Below, piece by piece: positions 10,171 to 18,188 of a stretch of 58,831 nucleotides of DNA. The stretch covers positions 1-58,831 of the forward strand of contig JAIXXV010000031.1 in assembly GCA_027490575.1 (NCBI GenBank). Direction: 5' to 3'. The translations under genes and the position numbers were made by a program. Source of the stretch: a bacterium (GTDB lineage Bacteria; Patescibacteriota; Minisyncoccia; Phycocordibacterales; CAIZLB01). The first letter of the stretch is position 1. Each line of letters starts with the position of its first letter. Under the pieces are notes generated by a model. It worked only from the letters and a program-made list of their open reading frames with translations. It searched no databases and had not been told where the DNA came from.

Positions 10171-10710
10171 ATGAATATATTCATAGGATCAGATCATGCT
10201 GGATACGAACTCAAGAACTTTCTATCGAAAGCTTTGGGTAGTATTGGATATAGAGTAGTGGACTGTGGCGCTCATACTTACCAACCAAGCGACGACTATC
10301 CTATGTATATATCAAAAGTGGCAAGAGCTGTCTCTGAGTCTGAATCAATAAAAGATTTAGATGAAGAAATGATATCTGAATCAAAATCAATCTCTGATTC
10401 AGAAACTGATGAGACACGAGGTATTGTCATAGGTGGATCTGGGCAAGGAGAAGCTATGGTTGCCAACAAGTTTACACATGTTAGAGCCGCTCTTTGTTAT
10501 GGAGGAGAGCGCGCTGAGGAGATAGTTGAGCTATCAAGACAACACAATAATTCAAACGTCCTTTCGCTCGGTGCAAGATTTTTGTCTGAAGACCAAGCCT
10601 TAGAGTTAGTTTTAAAATGGCTAAGCACACCTTTTTCAGGCGACACTAGGCACGTTAGAAGAATACACAGTATAGATAAATTAGAAGATAATCATCAACT
10701 TTATGAATAA
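10171..10710 (+). CDS. rpiB: Ribose-5-phosphate isomerase B (RpiB/LacA/LacB family) with an acidic Ser/Glu/Asp insertion
   Basis: IFIGSDHAGYELK N-terminus and a GGSGQGEAMVANK block. A roughly 35-aa insert reads SESESIKDLDEEMISESKSISDSETDE. Confidence 0.8.
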   Translation: MNIFIGSDHAGYELKNFLSKALGSIGYRVVDCGAHTYQPSDDYPMYISKVARAVSESESIKDLDEEMISESKSISDSETDETRGIVIGGSGQGEAMVANKFTHVRAALCYGGERAEEIVELSRQHNNSNVLSLGARFLSEDQALELVLKWLSTPFSGDTRHVRRIHSIDKLEDNHQLYE

Positions 10711-11443
10711 AGACGAAATCAAGCACATTATACCTGCAATACTTCCACGCGATTATCAACAACTTGAAGAAGAAATGAGTCTTGTGGCAAGTATAGTAAA
10801 GTGGGTGCAGATAGATATTGTTGATGGAAATTTAGCACCAAACAGAACTTGGCCTTTTGTAGGTGACCCTGATGGCAATTTCAAAAAAATGGTTAGACAA
10901 GAAATGGGTATGCCAAACTGGGAAGATCTAGAGTTTGAAGTTGATATGATGGTTAAAGATCCTACTTTTATGATTGATGAGTGGATTGCCGTTGGAGCCT
11001 CTAGGATCATTGTTCATAAAAAAGGTCTTTCAAATGACAAAGTGGTTGAGTTGGCGAAAAATGTAAAAGACAAAGGTGTTGAGTTTATGCTGGCTTTTGA
11101 ATACGAAGAAGGACTTGAAGCTGCTCGTGAGATACTTGTAGAACTTATAAATCTAGACCTTGTAGACGGGGTACAATGCATGGGTATAGAACATATAGGT
11201 TTTCAACATCAGCCATTTAGTCCAAAAGTTTTGAATTTTATAAAGTCTATAAAAACAGAATTTCCTACACTTAGCGTCTCGGTGGACGGGGGAGTCAATC
11301 TCGATAATGCTCGAGCACTCATAGATATGGGAGCTGATAGACTTGTTTCTGGATCATTGATATTCACTTCAGATATGCCGAGAGACACTATAGAGCACCT
11401 AGAAGAGATATGCATCGGAATCCAGTTAGCAGATAACAGTTAG
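10703..11443 (+). CDS. rpe: Ribulose-phosphate 3-epimerase-like TIM-barrel enzyme
   Basis: VQIDIVDG, VSVDGGVN and GADRLVSGS blocks sit in the usual Rpe positions. Overlaps rpiB by 8 nt (ATGAATAA coupling). The TAG stop lies inside a heptamer array. Confidence 0.6.
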   Translation: MNKDEIKHIIPAILPRDYQQLEEEMSLVASIVKWVQIDIVDGNLAPNRTWPFVGDPDGNFKKMVRQEMGMPNWEDLEFEVDMMVKDPTFMIDEWIAVGASRIIVHKKGLSNDKVVELAKNVKDKGVEFMLAFEYEEGLEAAREILVELINLDLVDGVQCMGIEHIGFQHQPFSPKVLNFIKSIKTEFPTLSVSVDGGVNLDNARALIDMGADRLVSGSLIFTSDMPRDTIEHLEEICIGIQLADNS

Positions 11444-11506
11444 CAGGTAGCAGATAACAGTTAGCAGGTAGCAGATGACAGGTATCAGTTAACAGATAAC
11501 AGTTAG
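11423..11506 (+). repeat. Heptanucleotide array (CAGNTAR)x12
   Basis: Units, in order: cagttag, cagataa, cagttag, caggtag, cagataa, cagttag, caggtag, cagatga, caggtat, cagttaa, cagataa, cagttag. The rpe stop is the TAG of unit 3. Confidence 0.95.
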
Positions 11507-11514
11507 CCCGACAA

Positions 11515-11535
11515 AATTAAGAATTAAGAATTAGT
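11515..11535. repeat. Heptamer array AATTAAG/AATTAAG/AATTAGT
   Basis: Three tandem 7-nt units, 8 nt after the CAGNTAR array. Confidence 0.85.
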
Positions 11536-11598
11536 CCGGCAAAAAACAGGGGTAAAGGCAGAAAGCAAAAAATATTTAGCAATACAAATTTTAAAACA

Positions 11599-12171
11599 AT
11601 GAAAACACTTATAATCACAGCTCATCCAAGTTCAAAAGGTTTTACTCATAAGATAGCCGACGCATATAAGCGTGGTAAAGAATCAAAGGGTGATACAGTT
11701 GAAGTGATAGATTTATATAAAACAGAACACGAGCAATATTTTCTTAAGTATGAAGAGAAATCTGACATGGGTAAGCCTGATCCAGTCAGAGATCTGATGC
11801 ATCAAAAGATGACAGAAGCTGACAACTTAGTATTTGTACATCCACTTTGGTGGATTGGTATGCCTGCCATCATGAAAAACTGGGTAGATGTAAATGTGTC
11901 AGCTAGATTTGCTTTTCAATATATAAACGGACGACCTGTAGGTATGATGAAGGGTAAGACAGCGAGTGTTTTCATAACGTGCGACGGTGCTTTCTGGATC
12001 TACTCGCTAATAGGCTTGCCGTTTATGACAATATGGCGTTTTGGCATATTGGGACTATGCGGTTACAAGGTTCAAAATATAAAAGTATTTTACGAAAAGT
12101 TTAAGCGTACTGAAGCAGAGCAAAAATCATTTCTTGCTAAGGTGGAGAAGTTGGCGATTAAAAAATCGTAA
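11599..12171 (+). CDS. Flavodoxin-like fold NAD(P)H dehydrogenase (quinone)/FMN reductase family
   Basis: MKTLIITAHPSS... and LVFVHPLWWIGMPAIMKNWVD are characteristic of the Flavodoxin_2/NQO-like family. Confidence 0.65.
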   Translation: MKTLIITAHPSSKGFTHKIADAYKRGKESKGDTVEVIDLYKTEHEQYFLKYEEKSDMGKPDPVRDLMHQKMTEADNLVFVHPLWWIGMPAIMKNWVDVNVSARFAFQYINGRPVGMMKGKTASVFITCDGAFWIYSLIGLPFMTIWRFGILGLCGYKVQNIKVFYEKFKRTEAEQKSFLAKVEKLAIKKS

Positions 12172-12233
12172 ACAATCCCAGGTGATTCTAAAGTTGCACA
12201 AAAGTGGTAAATAAGTCATAAACAAAAAATAAA

Positions 12234-12779
12234 ATGATAGAAAATAAAATAAATATTTATAAAATATTAGTACTTGTGGTTTTGATAGTACTAACTGGTA
12301 TTGTAACTTTTGTTCCAGGGTTGTTTTTTGTTGCACCCGATGCCTCTGCTCCAGTTATAGTAAAGTTTGAGAATCTTACGGAACTTGTAAATATTCCTGA
12401 TAGATCCAATACGGCTTTGGAGATAGGCGGGGAGGGAAGAAAGACTGCTTTAAATGTTGAGGTTGTAAACACAACCGAGTCTAGACAACTTGGATTGTCA
12501 GGGCGAGAGGGTATTGTAGATGGTAAAGGTGTGCTCTTTGTATTTCCAGAACCATCTCTCTATAACTTCTGGATGAAAGATATGTTGTTCCCACTAGATA
12601 TCATTTGGATAAATACTGAAGGACGTATAGTACACATTGAAACAAACAAAAGTCCTGAGACTTATCCAAACGCATTCGCACCAAAAGAGCCAGCTCAATT
12701 TGTACTTGAGACCTCAGCAGGCTTTGTTGATTTCTTTGGCGTGAAGGTTGGAGATGAAGTAAAGTTCAAGAGTATATAA
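12234..12779 (+). CDS. DUF192-family secreted or anchored protein
   Basis: N-terminal TM. The C-terminal block FWMKDMLFPLDIIWI...FVLE is typical of DUF192. Confidence 0.65.
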   Translation: MIENKINIYKILVLVVLIVLTGIVTFVPGLFFVAPDASAPVIVKFENLTELVNIPDRSNTALEIGGEGRKTALNVEVVNTTESRQLGLSGREGIVDGKGVLFVFPEPSLYNFWMKDMLFPLDIIWINTEGRIVHIETNKSPETYPNAFAPKEPAQFVLETSAGFVDFFGVKVGDEVKFKSI

Positions 12780-12835
12780 ATTTTGCGAGAGGCAGCACGC
12801 GGAGTGAAGTGCAGATGTAAATCATTAAATAAAGA

Positions 12836-12870
12836 GAAAAACCACCCTTGTTCAGGATGGTTTTTCATTT
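12836..12870. terminator. Probable bidirectional terminator between the DUF192 gene (+) and rnpB (-)
   Basis: Imperfect stem accaccc/ggatggt, flanked by an A-run on one side and a T-run on the other. Confidence 0.45.
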
Positions 12871-12871
12871 T

Positions 12872-13342
12872 TGGTTGTGTCTATAAGCCGAATTCTGTAC
12901 TCACATAACGACACTTTGCCGAAGCATTGTACCTGATATAAGTGATAGTAATTTATCTAGGCCATATGTTGCCACATGACTCGAGCGACTCTCATTACAT
13001 GTGCCACGAGGGCAATATATAAAGCACGGTCTTGCACTCGGATAAGGATTTTGCCGTTTCACCTTGAGTTTGTTTATACAATATACTCAAGTTAATCTGT
13101 TGTACCAGATCCATATATCCTTGAGGATATGTGCGTCACTGCTCGCACCTCTTAGCTTGCGCTAGACGGGGGTTACCCGCTACCTGTTTCTCGTACTTTG
13201 CATCTATATAAATTCAAAGAAAGTTTAACCTAACTTTAGAATTTCTTCAGGAGAGGGAATACGAGAGAGTGTTCGGACTTTCCTCTACATCAAGACTGGA
13301 CCCGAAGGTTTTTCTTGATATAGTAACTATCCAACACAACGT
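12872..13342 (-). ncRNA. rnpB: RNase P RNA (bacterial), about 470 nt
   Basis: On the minus strand: P1 GUUGUGU/ACACAAC. P2 GAUAGU/ACUAUC. P3 AUCAAGA...UCUUGAU. Universal P4 5' strand GAGGAAAGUCCGAAC. GGUAACCCC...AAGAGGUGCGAGCAG. P4 3' strand ACAGAAUUCGGCUUAU. The 620-bp region has no ORF. Confidence 0.88.
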
Positions 13343-13412
13343 TAGTATTATACCATTATTTCGTATTTCAAGCAAACTAGTGTAATATATAGCCTATAAT
13401 ATAAGTAAAACC

Positions 13413-15092
13413 GTGAATCGTATTTTAAAGATTTTTCATAAGGAAATAGCAGGCATCCACCAGGCAGCGATACTTATCGGTGCCTTTACTTTTCTTTCAC
13501 AGATCTTGGCACTAGTAAGAGATAGACTTTTGGCACAATACTTCGGCGCTGACTTATCACTTGATCTATACTATACAGCTTTCCGTATCCCTGACCTTAT
13601 ATACGCTTCAGTTGCATCACTGGTTTCCATATCGGTACTCATACCTTTTTTGAGTACAATGCTTGAAAGTAAAAAAGAAGAAGCAAAAAAATTTCTAAGT
13701 GCAGTATTTACTGTATTTGTTTCAGGAATGGTTTTGGTATCAACGGCAGTATTTTTTGCAATGCCGTGGCTTGTAGGAAAACTTTTTGGCGGTCTAGGTG
13801 GACCAGAGGTATTGTCAGAGCTCGTTTTCATATCGAGAATGCTTTTGCTTCAACCTATATTTTTAGGTATATCAAATCTCTTTGGAGTTGTTACGCAGAT
13901 AGGGAAAAGGTTTTTTATATATGCACTTAGTCCTGTCTTTTACAATCTATCTATTATATTTGGTCTGGTTGCGCTATATCCGCACTATGGTCTTCGAGGT
14001 GTAGTGGCAGGTGTAGTCATAGGAGGACTTTTACATTTTCTCATACAGATTCCATACAGTATAAAGGCAGGTTTGTTTCCTTTATTTACATTTGATATAG
14101 ATTTTAGAAAAATGCTTGAGGTTGTAAAGATTTCTATCCCTAGAACTATTGCACTATCAGCCAATATGATTGAGTTAATAGTCATCACTGCTCTTGCTTC
14201 TACACTGGCAGTAGGTTCTATATCCATATTTAATCTTGCTTTAAATCTACAATCAGTACCATTTGCAATAGTAGGAGTGAGTTATGCATTGGCAGCTTTC
14301 CCAACTTTGTCTGCCTGTTTTGCAAGAGGGGAGAAGGAGCAGTTTATGACACACATTGCCACCGCTGCTAAACACATTATCTTTTGGTCTATACCAATCA
14401 CCGCACTCTTTGTTGTACTTAGAGCGCAGATTGTCAGAACAGTACTCGGTACTGGAAACTTCAACTGGGAAAACACTCGTCTTGTAGCTGCTTGTTTGGC
14501 GCTTTTTGTCATATCACTAGTTGCACAAAGTCTAAAGCTTTTGTTTACAAGAAGTTACTATGCAGCTGGAAAGACAGCTAAGCCTTTGATTGTAAATATT
14601 TTATCTTCAATACTCACTATATCATTACCTTTTATGCTTTTGAAAATGTTTACCACTTTCGACAGTTTCAGATTCTTTATGGAATCTTTATTTAAAGTTG
14701 AAGGTATAAAAGGTAGTGAAGTCTTGATGCTACCTCTTGGATATTCATTGGGTACCATTTTCGGAGGAATAGCTTTCTGGGTAATATTCCAAAAAGATTT
14801 CGGAAAAATGCCGAGACTTTTCAAAACTCTTTTTGCAAGTTTGCAGGCAGCGGTTGCGGGAGGTTTTGTTGCTTACATAGGTCTCAATTTACTTGATGAA
14901 TGGTTCAACCTTAACACTTTGGCAGGTATATTTTCACAAGGACTCATTGCAGGGCTTCTAGGTATAGGAGCAACACTACTAGTCTTCAAACTTCTAAAGA
15001 ATCCAGAGATTGAAGAAGTCTTGTCAGCACTAAAGCAAAAAGTTTCTAAAAACAAGATAATAGTGTCAGAGCCAGATAAGATTGAGGTTTAG
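13413..15092 (+). CDS. murJ: Lipid II flippase MurJ/MviN
   Basis: 559 aa with about 14 TM. N-terminal signature [32 protein letters not shown] start. Confidence 0.85.
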   Translation: MNRILKIFHKEIAGIHQAAILIGAFTFLSQILALVRDRLLAQYFGADLSLDLYYTAFRIPDLIYASVASLVSISVLIPFLSTMLESKKEEAKKFLSAVFTVFVSGMVLVSTAVFFAMPWLVGKLFGGLGGPEVLSELVFISRMLLLQPIFLGISNLFGVVTQIGKRFFIYALSPVFYNLSIIFGLVALYPHYGLRGVVAGVVIGGLLHFLIQIPYSIKAGLFPLFTFDIDFRKMLEVVKISIPRTIALSANMIELIVITALASTLAVGSISIFNLALNLQSVPFAIVGVSYALAAFPTLSACFARGEKEQFMTHIATAAKHIIFWSIPITALFVVLRAQIVRTVLGTGNFNWENTRLVAACLALFVISLVAQSLKLLFTRSYYAAGKTAKPLIVNILSSILTISLPFMLLKMFTTFDSFRFFMESLFKVEGIKGSEVLMLPLGYSLGTIFGGIAFWVIFQKDFGKMPRLFKTLFASLQAAVAGGFVAYIGLNLLDEWFNLNTLAGIFSQGLIAGLLGIGATLLVFKLLKNPEIEEVLSALKQKVSKNKIIVSEPDKIEV

Positions 15093-15454
15093 CAAGTCTT
15101 TATCTCCTCAGGAGTACCTCTCTTGAAAAGTTTATTGATAGCTTTGATAGCTACGAAAACAGAAAGTCCTACAATCAGGAAGTTAACCAGGTTGTTTATA
15201 AACGATCCGTACTTGATAGCGCCAAATGCAAATGCGCTGAAGTCAGGTTTTCCAAATGCCATTGCAATGGCTCCCATAATGATGTCTTTTACTAGCGAGT
15301 CTACAATACCGTTGAAAGCGGTTCCTATGACGACACCGACTGCAAGTTCTAGTGCATTTCCTTTGACTGCAAAGTCTTTGAATTCATCGAAGAAGCTTGT
15401 TGCTTTTCCTAATACTTTACCACCTACTGGAGCTATTTTTGATATTGGGTCCAT
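15089..15454 (-). CDS. mscL: Large-conductance mechanosensitive channel
   Basis: [37 protein letters not shown] plus a second TM. Typical length of 121 aa. Confidence 0.92.
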   Translation of the reverse strand: MDPISKIAPVGGKVLGKATSFFDEFKDFAVKGNALELAVGVVIGTAFNGIVDSLVKDIIMGAIAMAFGKPDFSAFAFGAIKYGSFINNLVNFLIVGLSVFVAIKAINKLFKRGTPEEIKTC

Positions 15455-15458
15455 GATT

Positions 15459-15493
15459 TAATTCTTAATTACTAATTGTTAATTGCTAAGGTC
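15459..15493 (-). repeat. Heptamer array TAATTCT/TAATTAC/TAATTGT/TAATTGC/TAAGGTC between the mscL start and the dsbA-like stop
   Basis: Five tandem 7-nt units. The TAA stop of ORF 15479..16213 (complement of 15479-15481) lies inside the array. Confidence 0.85.
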
Positions 15494-16213
15494 CATTCCA
15501 AGATCCAATTCAGTTGTAGTAGAAGTTTCAGTTGTTGATGTCGCGCTCTTTGAAGCAAGTGCACTTTCAATTATAGTCTTTAGGGCCTCATATCTCTGAA
15601 CTCCTCTTACTACAGTCTCGCCATTGATGACTAGTGTAGGTGTAGACTGTATATTCATAGCACCTGCATCACTTGCATCTTGATCTACGATAGCGTCGTA
15701 TTTTGAACGATTATTCTTTAGATCTGATTTAAATTTTTCTACATCAAGACCTATCTCTGTTGCATATCGGTCGTAGATTGCAAACCTGGCATCTTCTTTC
15801 AATCCTATCTTGTTCCATTCATCTGTACCTTCGAAAAGTTTGTCATGCATTTCTTTGAACTTTCCTTGTTCATTGGCAGATAGTGCCACCGCTCCAAGTT
15901 CTTTTGATTTTGAATGTATAGGGATAATTCTAAACACAAAGTCTATACTGTCTCCGTACTCAGCCAAAAGTTTCTTTAGTTCAGGTTGCATCATTCGGCA
16001 AGCAGGACATTCAAAGTCTGCAAACTCAACAATCTGTACTTTAGCATTTGCACCTTTGATACGAGGCGACTCTTCTCTTACTAGTCTGTCTTCTGCTAAT
16101 GCTACAGGCTTAGATGTGTTTCTTGAAGCACCACTAGCAAGAACCATACCTGCTATGATAATAATAAGTGTGATTACTCCTATAATGGAGATTATTTTTG
16201 TTTCTGAATTCAT
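15479..16213 (-). CDS. DsbA-family thiol:disulfide oxidoreductase, membrane-anchored
   Basis: Signal-anchor plus a thioredoxin fold with FADFECPACRMM (CPAC active site). TGATATAAT box 7 nt upstream of the ATG. Confidence 0.82.
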   Translation of the reverse strand: MNSETKIISIIGVITLIIIIAGMVLASGASRNTSKPVALAEDRLVREESPRIKGANAKVQIVEFADFECPACRMMQPELKKLLAEYGDSIDFVFRIIPIHSKSKELGAVALSANEQGKFKEMHDKLFEGTDEWNKIGLKEDARFAIYDRYATEIGLDVEKFKSDLKNNRSKYDAIVDQDASDAGAMNIQSTPTLVINGETVVRGVQRYEALKTIIESALASKSATSTTETSTTTELDLGMDLSN

Positions 16214-16272
16214 ATTAAAGATTATATCAAATAATAATGTGTTAGTTTACTGTTTTTTTATGAAGTTTTGTT

Positions 16273-16716
16273 CTATAAATTTCCTTGTGAAGCGAGGTAC
16301 TTTTTATGTCTAAGCATCAAAAGTATGATAACTGAGAATGCTGTAAAAGCTAAAAGGGGAATGGTAATGAATCCAAAATACTCTACATACTTTGTCGTAC
16401 AAGATACTCCTGTCTCACAAGGTGCTAAGTCATCAGGTATGATTTTATAGTATAGAAGGTTGTGATACACGGCGATGGTCCAACCTATAAGTGCTGGCCA
16501 AAGTACAAAGAGGTAAGTATTTTTATCTTTTACAATGATGCCCGTAGCAAGCGCTATAGCTAGAGGGAACATAGCTATACGTTGATACCAACAAAGTAAG
16601 CACGGCTTATAAAGTAATACATCACTAAAGAACATACTTCCCAGTGTAGCTACTATGGCTTGTAAAAGTGCTAAATATAAGGCGTTTTTGCCAATCCAAT
16701 CTAATATTTTTTTCAT
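16273..16716 (-). CDS. Disulfide bond formation protein B (DsbB/BdbC family)
   Basis: 4 TM. First-loop CLLCWYQR (CxxC) and a second Cys pair in loop 2 (APCETGVSC). Promoter-start spacing is identical to the DsbA-like gene. Confidence 0.82.
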   Translation of the reverse strand: MKKILDWIGKNALYLALLQAIVATLGSMFFSDVLLYKPCLLCWYQRIAMFPLAIALATGIIVKDKNTYLFVLWPALIGWTIAVYHNLLYYKIIPDDLAPCETGVSCTTKYVEYFGFITIPLLAFTAFSVIILLMLRHKKYLASQGNL

Positions 16717-16752
16717 ATTAAAGATTATATCAAATAAACACAGTTGATAGGT

Positions 16753-16781
16753 AATAAAAAGCCGCCCTTTTTAGGGGCGGC
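16753..16781 (-). terminator. Intrinsic terminator of the 143-aa gene
   Basis: Stem gccgccc/gggcggc followed by TTTTTATT on the minus strand. About 30 nt are near-identical to the terminator at 17650. Confidence 0.8.
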
Positions 16782-16825
16782 GGCGGGAGAGCTGAACTCT
16801 TGGTTTTGCCAGTTGACGATATAGC

Positions 16826-17257
16826 TCAGGGTTTTTTGAATATAACCCCGATAACCCTTTTCTCGCCATTGGTGAGATGGAAGCGATCTACTGGATCCAG
16901 TCTCTCGTCAACCCTGTACCTGTTAGATGACTCAAGGATGATCCGGTAGAAACGTGGAATCAACAGGAGCTCAAATAGAACCTGCCTAGAGAAAAGATCT
17001 TCATAGCAGTCGGATTCGACGGCTATTGAAAAGCCTTCCTTAGATTTCATGTGTCCAAACAGAAGGTCCATTTGGTGCCCGAACATCAATTGAAAAGTGA
17101 CGTTCATGATCTCGTCGATATCTTTCATGTCTTGCCTGAAACCGTGGACTTGAAGTACCTTGAGAATGTGCTCATGTGGTGTAAGCCGTTTTTCTACTAG
17201 AGGCTTTCTAGCCCCAGTTTGACCTGTAATTGTTGGTGTAGCTGTATCAGTTGGCAT
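16826..17257 (-). CDS. Hypothetical protein (GC-richer cassette), 143 aa
   Basis: Long ORF with an AAGGAT SD-like site 7 nt upstream of the ATG, a TGA stop and its own terminator. No family recognised. Confidence 0.5.
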   Translation of the reverse strand: MPTDTATPTITGQTGARKPLVEKRLTPHEHILKVLQVHGFRQDMKDIDEIMNVTFQLMFGHQMDLLFGHMKSKEGFSIAVESDCYEDLFSRQVLFELLLIPRFYRIILESSNRYRVDERLDPVDRFHLTNGEKRVIGVIFKKP

Positions 17258-17432
17258 CGTAACTATCCTTTCGTTTTAGTGTGTTTCTGAAAATAACAAA
17301 ACTGACTCTTGCCAGTTGTTATGAAAATACCATAGGTTGGTGGTGTTGTCCACCAGTGTTATTTTTGGATAATGCTTAAAAATAAAATATAAATATTGAA
17401 ATATCAAACATTTAAAATATATGAAAAATCCA

Positions 17433-17592
17433 AAAAAAAGAACCACTTGCGGTTCTCACACATACATATTTCCGATTACGAGTGGTCCCGATTTCGGATT
17501 CGGCGTGGCACTTTCGTACCTTGCTTACTACCTTGCCTTTCGTTCGCCACTACTCAGCAAGAAATCATTGTTGTGTTTAACGCAAGTGGTTC
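17433..17592 (-). ncRNA. Candidate structured small RNA (about 160 nt), identity unknown
   Basis: Promoter TTGACC (17621-17626), 16-nt spacer, TGATATCCT (17599-17607). The predicted TSS falls at the first nt of a 12-nt segment GAACCACUUGCG. That segment is the perfect complement of CGCAAGUGGUUC immediately before a U8 tract. The internal GNRA hairpin GGUAC-GAAA-GUGCC and further paired segments give a rod-like fold. Confidence 0.45.
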
Positions 17593-17649
17593 AAGGAAAG
17601 GATATCACCTTATGTTTAAAGGTCAATAGATGGTTTGTGGTTTTAGGTA

Positions 17650-17676
17650 TAAAAAGCCGCCCTTTGTAGGGCGGGA
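17650..17676 (-). terminator. Intrinsic terminator of the 115-aa gene
   Basis: Stem gccgccc/gggcgg followed by TTTTTATACC on the minus strand. Confidence 0.8.
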
Positions 17677-17713
17677 GGTAAGCGAACAGTTTTCTGATTT
17701 ATCCCTGTTCGGT

Positions 17714-18061
17714 TTAGATTTGGGTTCTAACGACAATTTTGCCGTCGATACCTTTCAGTCCATGAACTGGTTTGAAAACAGGTTGTTGATTCTTGCCATC
17801 AACTGCACCATGGTTGCAGTTCGAGAGTCTTCCTTCGATGATTCCTCTGATATACGGATCAGAGACAAGCTCTAAGGCCAGACGCTGGGTTTCATCTGTC
17901 AAATCCATTGAAAAATCTGCTGGATTTTGACCACCGGTGTGATGGGTAATGAAGTGTAACCATTCGATACTTGATAGAAACAACTTCCTGAGTTGGTCGT
18001 AGTGAATGGCTGTAGGGTCGAATCCTGCCTCAGTTATCATATGCATTGCACTTTTTTTCAT
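17714..18061 (-). CDS. Hypothetical protein (GC-richer cassette), 115 aa, His-rich
   Basis: Canonical AAGGAG 9 nt upstream of the ATG and its own terminator. No family recognised. Confidence 0.5.
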   Translation of the reverse strand: MKKSAMHMITEAGFDPTAIHYDQLRKLFLSSIEWLHFITHHTGGQNPADFSMDLTDETQRLALELVSDPYIRGIIEGRLSNCNHGAVDGKNQQPVFKPVHGLKGIDGKIVVRTQI

Positions 18062-18188
18062 GTACGGGTACTCCTTTGTGTTTGGTGTGAATGTTCAAGC
18101 TGATACTTACCAGCACTCTGTTCAAAATCATATATTAGATTTAGGAGTTTTCTTAAAACACCCAATGATATTGAACAGGTGATGATAA

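Noticed and set aside
11423-11506. Could the tandem arrays be CRISPR arrays?
   Set aside because: The units are only 7 nt and directly abut each other with no spacers. No cas genes are present. This is a microsatellite-like tandem repeat, not CRISPR.
17433-17592. Assigning the candidate sRNA to SRP (4.5S) RNA or to a named riboswitch such as ZTP, yybP-ykoY or THF
   Set aside because: The hairpin AGG-UAC-GAAA-GUG superficially resembles SRP helix 8, but the invariant AGCA 3' strand is missing. Partial matches (UGGCGAAC, GAGUAG) to riboswitch cores lack the partner conserved segments. It is kept only as an unclassified candidate.
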